Translations under genes and position numbers: made by a program
Notes under the pieces: model-generated
The model's database searches: none
What the model was told of the DNA's origin: nothing
The model's input: the letters and a program-made list of their open reading frames with translations, nothing else
Shown here: positions 9,954 through 18,710 of the stretch, piece after piece
Position numbering within the stretch: the first letter of the stretch is position 1
How the letters are laid out: each line of letters opens with the position of its first letter
DNA from: a virus
Strand: one strand, 5' to 3'
Virus record (IMG/VR): IMGVR_UViG_3300032291_001290
Coordinates: 1-64,000 of that record
Length of the DNA: 64,000 nucleotides

Positions 9954-10660
9954 AATCTAAATACCTCTATGTAATATATCCAGCTGCATGCGGAGGTAAT
10001 CATGTTTGTAATATGATTAGTTTGTGTGAAGGGTTTGAACAACGAGTTAGTAGTATTGAACAGTCTAATTACAAAGAATGGTTGTTGAATTATTATAACC
10101 AATATAATTTTTTTGCAAAACCTCATGCATATGTTAATGCTCATCTTGTAGATAGCATACAGCATGTGGATAAATTGTATGAGTATGTTGATAAAGAATA
10201 TGCATTAAATGCTCCTAGTACTTTAATTGTTCAAGGTCATTTATTCAACTTTTGGGCTGCTAGTGATAATGGTATTCTAGAAGAACTAGGACCTGACTAC
10301 AATGCAATCATTATGAGTTATCCACCAGAAAATTCAATGCCACGGAAACGTATAGAAGCATATAATTATGATTCTCCCGTAAAGGAATACACCTTTCCAT
10401 TAGACATATGTAAAAGTCATCCAATTGGTAAACCAAAAAATATGTCATTAGAAATAAATGAAAATAATGGATTTTATTTAGATACCGTTAAGTTTTTTAC
10501 CCTCGAGGGAAGTCAGTATTTGCGTGAATTACTAAAACATCATTTTGATGTAGAGTTACCAGTAGAAGCTGATGAATTACATTCTATGTGGTTTAAATGG
10601 ATGATACATGTTTTAAAACCTGAAAACATTGAATATTGGAATAATAAGCAACGAATTTAA
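9950..10660 (+). CDS. hypothetical protein, paralog of 52504..53202 (P-loop/sulfotransferase-like N-terminus)
   Basis: YPAACGGNHVCNMISL ... ELP...LH. Confidence 0.6.
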   Translation: MKSKYLYVIYPAACGGNHVCNMISLCEGFEQRVSSIEQSNYKEWLLNYYNQYNFFAKPHAYVNAHLVDSIQHVDKLYEYVDKEYALNAPSTLIVQGHLFNFWAASDNGILEELGPDYNAIIMSYPPENSMPRKRIEAYNYDSPVKEYTFPLDICKSHPIGKPKNMSLEINENNGFYLDTVKFFTLEGSQYLRELLKHHFDVELPVEADELHSMWFKWMIHVLKPENIEYWNNKQRI

Positions 10661-10673
10661 GATAAATATTCGA

Positions 10674-10949
10674 ATGTTCGATCCATTTAAGCAAGCTAAA
10701 CTACAAAATAGTTATTATAAACTCAAGGATGCAAAAATCCCTGAGAAGGATATGTCACTTGATGACTTAAAACGTTTAAGTGGGGCTGGCAAAATCACAG
10801 GTGAAATTGTCACTGCACCTGACCATGAACTTGCAGCCAAAAAGGCTCAGTACATGCGTGAGAACAACATCAAGCCCGGTGACAAAGAGTGGTTCAAAGT
10901 AATGTTTGCCAAGCCACATCTAACCGGCGAGAACCCTTTTTCAAAATAG
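10674..10949 (+). CDS. hypothetical late protein
   Basis: ATG lies 5 nt after TAAATA; LKRLSG and IKPGDKEWF motifs. Confidence 0.65.
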   Translation: MFDPFKQAKLQNSYYKLKDAKIPEKDMSLDDLKRLSGAGKITGEIVTAPDHELAAKKAQYMRENNIKPGDKEWFKVMFAKPHLTGENPFSK

Positions 10950-10961
10950 TATCAGTTAATC

Positions 10962-10969
10962 TATAAATA
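10962..10969 (+). promoter_or_regulatory. T4-type late promoter TATAAATA (representative of about 20 (G/A)ATAAATA-like sites)
   Basis: Exact T4 gp55 consensus before the terminase; TAAATA also at 7109, 7904, 10663, 12537, 38164, 40551, 41503, 47246, 52493, 55006, 63292. Confidence 0.8.
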
Positions 10970-10974
10970 TAGAT

Positions 10975-12528
10975 ATGAATAAGACTGGTTCGGCATCTTT
11001 AGTAAAAGATCCATATAAAAAAACATCATTTAAAACTCAACAAGAGTTAGATGATTTTGTAAAATGTTGTGATCCTAATACAGGTTATCTGTATTTTATG
11101 GATAACTTTTTTATGATCCAACATCCCACAAAAGGGAGTATGGTATATCATCCTTGGGCTTATCAGAAACGATTGATTGAAACTTATCACAAATATCGTT
11201 ACTCTATAAGTTTAATGCCACGACAGAGTGGTAAGTCAACATCAGCCGCAGGTTATTTACTTTGGTATGCAATGTTTGTACCAGACAGTACAATTTTAAT
11301 TGCCGCACACAAATATACAGGTGCTCAGGAGATTATGCAACGTGTAAGATATGCATATGAAAACTGCCCAGATCATATTAAAGCAGGTGTAACAACATAC
11401 AACAAAGGCTCATTGGACTTTGAGAACGGCAGTCGTATTGTGTCAGCCACAACAACTGAAAACACAGGTCGTGGTATGTCTATCACATTGTTATATCTGG
11501 ATGAGTTTGCATTCGTTCGACCAAGTATTGCTAAGGAATTTTGGACAGCTATTACACCAACACTATCTACTGGTGGTAAAGCAATTATCACAAGTACACC
11601 AAACAGTGATGAAGATCAATTTGCTTTTATTTGGAAAGGTGCTAACAAGACAGAAGATGAATTTGGAAATACCACTGAAGTAGGTATAAACGGATTCAGA
11701 GCATATCGTGCTTATTGGAATGAACAACCCGGTCGTGATGAAAAGTGGGCGGCTGAAATGAAAGCCCAATTAGGTGAGGATCGATTTAATCGTGAGATAG
11801 GCTGTGAATTTATTATCGCTGATGAAACTCTCATCAACCCAAACACATTATTAATGCTTGAAGGTATTGAACCTGTTTCACGTATGGGGCAAGTACGATG
11901 GTATAAAATGCCTGAAAAGGGCAACATATATACAGTGGCACTAGACCCTAGCTTAGGTACTGGTGGTGACCCTGCGGCAATTCAAATCTTTGAAGCAAAC
12001 ACAACAACACAAATCGGTGAATGGAAACATAATAAAACAGATATTCCTAATCAGATTAAATTGATTGCACAGATTAACAAACACATTTCAGAAATTACAG
12101 GTGAACCTAACAGTCTATATTATTCTATTGAAAATAATACAATAGGCGAAGCCGCACTTGTTTCATTAAATGAATACGGAGAATCTAATATACCCGGTAC
12201 ATTCATTAGCGAACCTGGGAAGAAGCGTAAAGGATTCAATACTTCAAATAAGAGTAAACTTACAGCATGTGCTAAATTTAAAACTCTATTAGAGAGCAAA
12301 AAATTAACTGTAAATAGTCGTAGTCTTATCAGTGAATTAAAAGCATTTGTCGCAAGTGGTGGAAGCTATGCGGCTAAAATAGGAGACACAGATGATTTGA
12401 TTATGGCCTCACTATTAACAGTTCGTATGATTCAGGAACTAGGGTCTTATCACTATGATTTGGATAATTATATGCGTGACCATGAAGAATTCGTGGCTCC
12501 CCTACCGTTCTTTGCCGTATTAAGTTGA
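10975..12528 (+). CDS. terminase large subunit (T4 gp17-like)
   Basis: PRQSGKS Walker A, YLDEFAF Walker B, ITSTPN, RNase H-like LDPS...DD. Confidence 0.95.
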   Translation: MNKTGSASLVKDPYKKTSFKTQQELDDFVKCCDPNTGYLYFMDNFFMIQHPTKGSMVYHPWAYQKRLIETYHKYRYSISLMPRQSGKSTSAAGYLLWYAMFVPDSTILIAAHKYTGAQEIMQRVRYAYENCPDHIKAGVTTYNKGSLDFENGSRIVSATTTENTGRGMSITLLYLDEFAFVRPSIAKEFWTAITPTLSTGGKAIITSTPNSDEDQFAFIWKGANKTEDEFGNTTEVGINGFRAYRAYWNEQPGRDEKWAAEMKAQLGEDRFNREIGCEFIIADETLINPNTLLMLEGIEPVSRMGQVRWYKMPEKGNIYTVALDPSLGTGGDPAAIQIFEANTTTQIGEWKHNKTDIPNQIKLIAQINKHISEITGEPNSLYYSIENNTIGEAALVSLNEYGESNIPGTFISEPGKKRKGFNTSNKSKLTACAKFKTLLESKKLTVNSRSLISELKAFVASGGSYAAKIGDTDDLIMASLLTVRMIQELGSYHYDLDNYMRDHEEFVAPLPFFAVLS

Positions 12529-12546
12529 CCCAAAGATAAATACACT

Positions 12547-14340
12547 ATGCCAATAAGTACAGAAACCCTTAATCGTAAATTATTCAAAGTATTATCTAAA
12601 TACAAACCAAAACCATTGGATACATCAGGTGAAGTAACTCCCGTAGAAGATGAAGCCGATGTTATAAAATTTAAATTTACTAAGGATGGGGTAGAATACG
12701 GTGATGTATTTGCTACCATTGATGATGATCGTGTATTGAAATTATATTTCGGAGATGATGTTGCAGATAGCCCATCAGCAAGTACAAAAGGATTAGATTA
12801 TAATGATTCCTGGGAAGGATTATTAGAATTTTTAAGTCGCTGGGCACATGACAATAGGGTGAAATGGAACCCAGACAATAACAAAGACCATTTAGTTCAA
12901 GATATGGCACGGAGAAAACACATGAAGAAAAAAGAAAACATAGGTGAGGGATATTATCCAATGGGCAAAAAAGCCAGCTATAGTGATAATATTCCTACTG
13001 TAAAAATTGTTATTGAACACACTCGCCAAATTGAAGAAGGTGAACAACGTTATCGTAACATCAACAAAATTTTCTTAGAGAATCAGTTAGGTGAAAGATT
13101 TTTACTTGATACTAAGAAGCCTGGTGTTGCACGTGTTTATGCTAGACATATTGCTGAAGGTGGTAAAGTCAATGATGAACGTTGGGGGCATATCAGTAGT
13201 TTATGTGAAGAATACAATAAGATGGCAGGATTTGTTCGTGCCACTCGCAACGGACAGTTTAATGAATCAGCACAAAAACTTGTTGAATCAGGCATTCAAC
13301 ACTATCAATCATTACGTGAAACATTAAGCAGAATGACAGGTAAGCGTGGATACAATATGTATTTTGAAAGTTGGACACCTGCATTAATGGAAGATGAAGT
13401 AGAAGAAGCAAATCTAAATGAATTGTTTGTACAAGAAACACTAGATCCACGTATTGAAAGTGTAATGCCAATACTTTCTAAGTTACACAAACAAGTTTCA
13501 GAAATGAAAGAAACAATTGATTTAGCTGAATGGGCTGATAGTTTGATTGAAGGTGGTGACGGTGGTGAAGCAAGTGAAGAACCTGTATTTACTGAACCAG
13601 TTGAAACATTGCCAACAGATGGTGCAGATGCACCGGCAGATGATTTAGATGAAGGTCTAGGTGATATTGCTAAGAAAGTTGGCGGCGTACTAAAGAAGGT
13701 AGGCAGTAAGGCTTTAGATACATTGGGTCATGGTAGTGACGAAGAACTATTAAAAGACTTACAAAGACGTTCCGGAGTTCCTGCATCAGCACAACATGGC
13801 AAACCTTCAATGGCTAAGACTAACGAAGAAGAAAGCATCAAAAGTAATAACTCAGTTGGCATTCCCAAAGAAGAACTAGATGAAGTAGATATGGGTCAGT
13901 ATGATGCTGTCAAGTCTACCCCTAAAGGCAAAGAAGATGATGACGTATTCAAAAAGTTCCGAGAAAAGTTACGTCAATATGGTGATGAATTAGAACAACG
14001 TCAAAAAGAAAAAGAAGTTGACGAAGGTTTAGATGCTAATCAAAAGCGTGTTGGTCAATTAGGTCCAACTGAGAAAGTTAAGAATAACAATATCGGTAAA
14101 CTAGTTGGTGCCAATGAAAACTTTATTAACACAGTTGACCAAGCTGTAGTCTCAGAAATGGACAAGAGCCAAACCCCCCCGGGACGTGATGATTATGTAA
14201 AGGGTCCAGAAGGTAAAGCAACACCAATTACTCCTAAAAAGATGGCTAATGATGCTAAGAAAGTTCTTGACAAACAAAAAGTTAAAGAAGGTCAATCAGA
14301 CTTAGACCGTATCTTAATCATAATGAATCATAGAAGATAA
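12547..14340 (+). CDS. large acidic late protein, probable head/internal protein with multiple xxE processing sites
   Basis: Late promoter; 597 aa; acidic modular C-terminal half. Confidence 0.65.
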   Translation: MPISTETLNRKLFKVLSKYKPKPLDTSGEVTPVEDEADVIKFKFTKDGVEYGDVFATIDDDRVLKLYFGDDVADSPSASTKGLDYNDSWEGLLEFLSRWAHDNRVKWNPDNNKDHLVQDMARRKHMKKKENIGEGYYPMGKKASYSDNIPTVKIVIEHTRQIEEGEQRYRNINKIFLENQLGERFLLDTKKPGVARVYARHIAEGGKVNDERWGHISSLCEEYNKMAGFVRATRNGQFNESAQKLVESGIQHYQSLRETLSRMTGKRGYNMYFESWTPALMEDEVEEANLNELFVQETLDPRIESVMPILSKLHKQVSEMKETIDLAEWADSLIEGGDGGEASEEPVFTEPVETLPTDGADAPADDLDEGLGDIAKKVGGVLKKVGSKALDTLGHGSDEELLKDLQRRSGVPASAQHGKPSMAKTNEEESIKSNNSVGIPKEELDEVDMGQYDAVKSTPKGKEDDDVFKKFREKLRQYGDELEQRQKEKEVDEGLDANQKRVGQLGPTEKVKNNNIGKLVGANENFINTVDQAVVSEMDKSQTPPGRDDYVKGPEGKATPITPKKMANDAKKVLDKQKVKEGQSDLDRILIIMNHRR

Positions 14341-14349
14341 AGGGCAAAT

Positions 14350-14374
14350 AAACCTCACTTAAAAAGTGAGGTTT
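14350..14374. terminator. 11-bp perfect inverted repeat (probable terminator)
   Basis: AAACCTCACTT-AAA-AAGTGAGGTTT. Confidence 0.55.
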
Positions 14375-14385
14375 ACCACATCTGG

Positions 14386-14424
14386 AATAAATACATTGAC
14401 AGGATGAAAAAGTACTGCTATACT
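14386..14424 (+). promoter_or_regulatory. tandem late (AATAAATA) and sigma70-type (TTGACA-17-TATACT) promoters for gp32
   Basis: AATAAATA at 14386-93; TTGACA at 14396; TATACT at 14419. Confidence 0.75.
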
Positions 14425-14503
14425 TAATCATCGTGTTAGTTGTCTCATAGGGAGACAGCGAATAATAAAAACGAGACCATCTCAATTTATAAGGAAATTT
14501 ATT

Positions 14504-15502
14504 ATGGCATCATTAGCAGACATTCGTGCCCGTATTGCGGCACAAGAAAACAAGTCAAACAGCAAGGGTTCTAATACCCAGTCTGACAACTCAATTTACC
14601 CCCACTGGAATATAGACGAAGGCAGTACAGCAACTGTACGTTTTCTACCAGACGGTAACGGTAACAACACATTCTTTTGGGTTGAACGTCAAATTATCAA
14701 ACTACCATTCAATGGTGTAAAAGGTGATCCTAACATTAAGAAGATTGATGTTCAAGTCCCTTGCGTTGAAATGTATGGCGACAGTTGTCCTGTATTGGCA
14801 GAAGTTCGTCCTTGGTACAAAGACGAAACACTAAAAGAAATGGCAAACAAGTATTGGAAGAAACGTAGTTATCTATTTCAAGGCTTTGTTCGTCAAAACC
14901 CATTAGGTGATGACAAGACTCCTGCAAATCCTATTCGTAGATTTGTTATCAGTCCGCAAATCTTTACAATCATTAAATCAAGTTTAATGGATCCTGAAAT
15001 GGAAGAATTGCCAACAGACTTAATGCGTGGTCTTGACTTTAACGTTAAGAAAACAAGTAAAGGTGGTTACGCAGATTATTCTACAAGTAACTGGGCACGT
15101 AAAGAAAGTGCATTGACTGAGGCAGAACAGGCAGCTATTGAAGCACATGGTTTATTCAACCTTGCTGACTTCTTGCCTAAGAAACCCGGCGAAGCAGAAT
15201 TACGTATCATTAAAGAAATGTTTGAGGCATCAGTAGATGGTCAAGCATATGATACTGAACGTTGGGGTCAATACTATCGCCCATGGGGTGTTGATGCACC
15301 TGCAGGAGCAACCGCGGATAAACAACAAGCCACTAACTCAAATAGCGCACCCGCAGCCGCACCCGTAGCAGAAAGTCAACCTTGGGATGATGAACCAAGC
15401 ACAACTACTGCCCCTATCGAAGTTCCAAAAGCAACTGGAACATCAAGCGATAAAGCACAAGACATTCTAGCAATGATTCGTGCTAGACAAAGCAAGTCTT
15501 AA
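14504..15502 (+). CDS. single-stranded DNA-binding protein (T4 gp32-like)
   Basis: VRFLPD, CPV, YWKKRSY, GYADYSTS motifs; acidic flexible tail. Confidence 0.88.
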   Translation: MASLADIRARIAAQENKSNSKGSNTQSDNSIYPHWNIDEGSTATVRFLPDGNGNNTFFWVERQIIKLPFNGVKGDPNIKKIDVQVPCVEMYGDSCPVLAEVRPWYKDETLKEMANKYWKKRSYLFQGFVRQNPLGDDKTPANPIRRFVISPQIFTIIKSSLMDPEMEELPTDLMRGLDFNVKKTSKGGYADYSTSNWARKESALTEAEQAAIEAHGLFNLADFLPKKPGEAELRIIKEMFEASVDGQAYDTERWGQYYRPWGVDAPAGATADKQQATNSNSAPAAAPVAESQPWDDEPSTTTAPIEVPKATGTSSDKAQDILAMIRARQSKS

Positions 15503-15510
15503 TAGGGAAT

Positions 15511-15530
15511 GAAGGGGCATTTGCCCCTTC
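15511..15530 (+). terminator. GC-rich hairpin after gp32
   Basis: GAAGGGGCA-TT-TGCCCCTTC; weak U-tract. Confidence 0.45.
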
Positions 15531-15545
15531 TAAAGGAGAACTCCC

Positions 15546-15791
15546 ATGACATTACCAGATGAAAGATACAGAGCCTTAAAACAGGCTAAAAAATTAATGG
15601 AAGAATTATGTGATCCTGGCAGAACGCCAAGAGTACCTAGTTTAATCAGAGATCGGGCACGTGGAGCATTGCGCCACTTTCCAAGTGATTATGAACTTGA
15701 CAGAATGGCAGAAGATTGCCCCGAATTGCTTGATAAACATCCGTTTAGTGTTTATACTAACGGAAAAATGATTGGAGATAAAATTGGCTAA
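15546..15791 (+). CDS. hypothetical protein (LRHFP motif)
   Basis: AAGGAG SD; 81 aa. Confidence 0.7.
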   Translation: MTLPDERYRALKQAKKLMEELCDPGRTPRVPSLIRDRARGALRHFPSDYELDRMAEDCPELLDKHPFSVYTNGKMIGDKIG

Positions 15792-16851
15792 ACCGTTTGA
15801 CGTAAGTAAATTTCGAAAAGAAATAACAAAAAGTATTGAAGGTCTATCAATAGGATTTAACGATCCTACCGATTGGATCTCGACAGGAAATTATGCACTC
15901 AACTATCTTATTAGTGGTGATTTTAATAAAGGCGTACCTCTTGGTAAAGTTACTGTCTTTGCCGGAGAGTCAGGAGCAGGAAAATCATTTATCTGTTCAG
16001 GAAACCTTGTTAGACACGCACAAGAAAAAGGAATCTTTGTAGTATTGATTGATAGTGAAAACGCACTTGATGAGGCATGGCTACATGCATTGGGTGTATC
16101 AACCGCAGAAGATAAACTATTAAAATTAAACATGGCTATGATTGACGAAGTAGGTAAAACTATTTCTATGTTTGTCAAAGACTACAAAGCATTAGCCGAA
16201 GCAGACCGACCAAAAGTATTGTTCGTTATTGACTCTCTTGGTATGCTATTAACACCAACTGACGTTAATCAGTTTGAGGCGGGTGATATGAAGGGTGACA
16301 TGGGTCGTAAGCCTAAAGCACTAACCGCACTTGTTCGTAACTGTGTTAACATGTTCGGTTCACTTGGCATCGGTCTAGTCGCTACTAATCACACCTATGC
16401 TAGTCAAGATATGTTTGACCCAGATGATAAAATCAGTGGTGGTCAAGGCTTTGTGTATGCAAGCAGTATTGTTGTTGCTATGAAAAAACTCAAACTCAAG
16501 GAAGATGAAGACGGTAACAAAATCACTGATGTACGTGGTATTCGTGCCGCATGTAAGATTATGAAAACACGCTATGCAAAACCATTTGAAAGTGTTCAAG
16601 TTAAAATTCCATATGAAACAGGTATGAGTCCTTATTCAGGTCTATTAGATATGATTGAGAAGGCTGAACTTGTTAAGAAGGAAGGCAATTCATTAGTCTA
16701 TACAACACTTGATGGTGAAATCATTAAGAAGTTCCGTAAGGCTTGGGAAGCAAACACTGATAATTGCTTAGACAAAGTAATGGCCGAATATTCAGAAAAA
16801 AATCAAAGTAAGCTAAGTACTGTAACACCTAAGGAGGAAGTTACAGAATGA
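15784..16851 (+). CDS. uvsX: RecA-like recombinase UvsX
   Basis: GESGAGKS, DSENA, IDSLG, NHTY, SGG motifs; TTG start after GGAGA. Confidence 0.93.
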   Translation: MAKPFDVSKFRKEITKSIEGLSIGFNDPTDWISTGNYALNYLISGDFNKGVPLGKVTVFAGESGAGKSFICSGNLVRHAQEKGIFVVLIDSENALDEAWLHALGVSTAEDKLLKLNMAMIDEVGKTISMFVKDYKALAEADRPKVLFVIDSLGMLLTPTDVNQFEAGDMKGDMGRKPKALTALVRNCVNMFGSLGIGLVATNHTYASQDMFDPDDKISGGQGFVYASSIVVAMKKLKLKEDEDGNKITDVRGIRAACKIMKTRYAKPFESVQVKIPYETGMSPYSGLLDMIEKAELVKKEGNSLVYTTLDGEIIKKFRKAWEANTDNCLDKVMAEYSEKNQSKLSTVTPKEEVTE

Positions 16852-17096
16852 ATTTAGATTTTATATCAGAAGTTTGGGAAGCATTACGATTGCACGTAGA
16901 TTTTAATGAGCGAAGTGATGCAGCCGACACACTAGTTAATCTATTGATTGATAATAATTATGAAATAGATGATATCAAAGAAGCCTTTAAGGACAAAGAT
17001 ATTACTACTGCACTAAAAGGCTACGCCGAAGCAAATTTCCAAGAAGAAGAATACGAAGAATACGAAGACGATTTTGACAAAGACGATTGGAATTAA
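16848..17096 (+). CDS. small acidic hypothetical protein
   Basis: GGAGG SD; ATGA overlap. Confidence 0.7.
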   Translation: MNLDFISEVWEALRLHVDFNERSDAADTLVNLLIDNNYEIDDIKEAFKDKDITTALKGYAEANFQEEEYEEYEDDFDKDDWN

Positions 17097-17558
17097 ATGT
17101 CAAATTGGTATACTCGTATTACTGTGGATCTCTCAGTAATACCAGATTTTATTTCATATTATGAATCAGAGTTACCTGTAGCAAAAGTTGATGTAAACAT
17201 TAAAGGCAATGTTGAAAAAAACATTGCCAGTTTACCTGGTGTTACAGAACATAGATTTAATCAACTACAAGAGATTGAAGCGGTATTAAATTACCTTAAT
17301 ATTCAATTACGGAAAATTCGCCGAAAACATTTTCAAAAATATTTAGAAGCGTATAATAGAGCATTGACAAGCCGTGATGCTGAAAAGTATGTTGATGGTG
17401 AGGACGAAGTAGTTGACTTTGAAGTGTTGATTAATGAAGTTGCACTATTGAGAAATAAATGGCTTGGTATATTAAAGGGCCTTGAAGCCAAACAATGGCA
17501 AATGGGGCATATCGTGCGTTTACGCACTGCTGGCATGGAAGATATTACAATTGGCTAA
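17097..17558 (+). CDS. uvsY: recombination mediator UvsY-like
   Basis: Helical; LTSRDAEKYVDGE motif; adjacent to uvsX. Confidence 0.75.
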   Translation: MSNWYTRITVDLSVIPDFISYYESELPVAKVDVNIKGNVEKNIASLPGVTEHRFNQLQEIEAVLNYLNIQLRKIRRKHFQKYLEAYNRALTSRDAEKYVDGEDEVVDFEVLINEVALLRNKWLGILKGLEAKQWQMGHIVRLRTAGMEDITIG

Positions 17559-18270
17559 TTCAATACCCACAGTTACTATTAACAATCCTTGGTTGGATAT
17601 TAATCTTAATGAAACTTTTAATCATAAAGAAGAACCGCAATCATTAACTGAAGATTTATTGGTTATGAGTGTCACGGCACATAGGTTGCGTAGTGAAAAC
17701 AATCCGAACAATACATGGGATGACATTACCAATGTCACTCAAGTAGGTCCAAAGATAATTGAACAGGACAGAGTTGTTGCAGACAATATCCGTGACTTTT
17801 ATAGCAAAAAGTTTTTGATATTGGCATTAATGGAAAGACCATTATCTAACTACAGAAAAGACTTAAGTGAATTCATTCATAGTGACGGTAGAAAATATGT
17901 TACTAAAACAATTGGTCTAGCGTATCGATTGCCTGAATTTTATTACTATGATTTGGCCTTCAATGAAATGACTAAGACACTACAACGGTCTTTAGATTTT
18001 GCCAGTTTAAAAACAGAAAATCAAATCAAGACATTAAATCCTATCAATAAATTTCAAATAAATTTTAGAAGAACAAAGGCAACTGAATATTGGCTTACTG
18101 ATTCAGATAATCGTATGTATGCAATAGAAGTAACCAATGACAATGTATTGAAAAAATTATGGGAACGTGAATTTATTAATGGGCCACTGTCTATCAAAGG
18201 TACATTCAGACCTCGGCGAAGAGATGATGCAACATATTTTTCAATAGAAAAATGGGAGTTAGAAATCTAA
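17551..18270 (+). CDS. hypothetical protein
   Basis: Long ORF; probable TTG start overlapping the uvsY stop. Confidence 0.65.
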   Translation: MANSIPTVTINNPWLDINLNETFNHKEEPQSLTEDLLVMSVTAHRLRSENNPNNTWDDITNVTQVGPKIIEQDRVVADNIRDFYSKKFLILALMERPLSNYRKDLSEFIHSDGRKYVTKTIGLAYRLPEFYYYDLAFNEMTKTLQRSLDFASLKTENQIKTLNPINKFQINFRRTKATEYWLTDSDNRMYAIEVTNDNVLKKLWEREFINGPLSIKGTFRPRRRDDATYFSIEKWELEI

Positions 18271-18273
18271 CAT

Positions 18274-18302
18274 AAAAGTAGTACTCAAGTACTACTTTTT
18301 TT
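18274..18302 (+). terminator. intrinsic terminator
   Basis: AAAAGTAGTACT-CA-AGTACTACTTTT followed by T run. Confidence 0.7.
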
Positions 18303-18313
18303 GTGGATAAAAT

Positions 18314-18370
18314 GGTTGACAATGAATCGTTTTGGGCTTATACTATAGTCTGTTCAGTTGATTAAAGGAG
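18314..18370 (+). repeat. early promoter + RBS cassette, copy 1 (TTGACA-17-TATACT...AAGGAG)
   Basis: 54/57 nt identical to 23326..23382. Confidence 0.9.
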
Positions 18371-18376
18371 CTTTCA

Positions 18377-18649
18377 ATGACCCAAGTTTACGACCGTTTG
18401 ACAGAGCAACAAAAACGTGAGATTCGTATGTACGGTGTTACCGAAATTGAAATGCGTGAGGCTGTAGAACAAAGTCTTGCTTTTCGTCATCGTGGTCCTG
18501 CTATGATGGCTGCTAGCATCATGTCCGATTGTCAGGAAATGATTGCCCATGATAACGGCGGTTCTTACGATTTCATGGTCGTTGAAGATGTTCGCCAAGC
18601 ACTGAATCGTGCTAAGTGGATTTTGTTTGAATATTGCGACAAAAACTGA
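18377..18649 (+). CDS. early hypothetical protein
   Basis: AAGGAG SD downstream of an early promoter. Confidence 0.75.
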   Translation: MTQVYDRLTEQQKREIRMYGVTEIEMREAVEQSLAFRHRGPAMMAASIMSDCQEMIAHDNGGSYDFMVVEDVRQALNRAKWILFEYCDKN

Positions 18650-18678
18650 TTGACAGTTAATCCAAAGTCATTTATAAT
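18650..18678 (+). promoter_or_regulatory. sigma70-type early promoter
   Basis: TTGACA-17-TATAAT. Confidence 0.8.
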
Positions 18679-18710
18679 ATCATCTTTAAGACGAACACAT
18701 AGGACCATAC

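Noticed and set aside
2708-12528. Introns or inteins in td and the terminase
   Set aside because: Both ORFs are continuous and of normal length.
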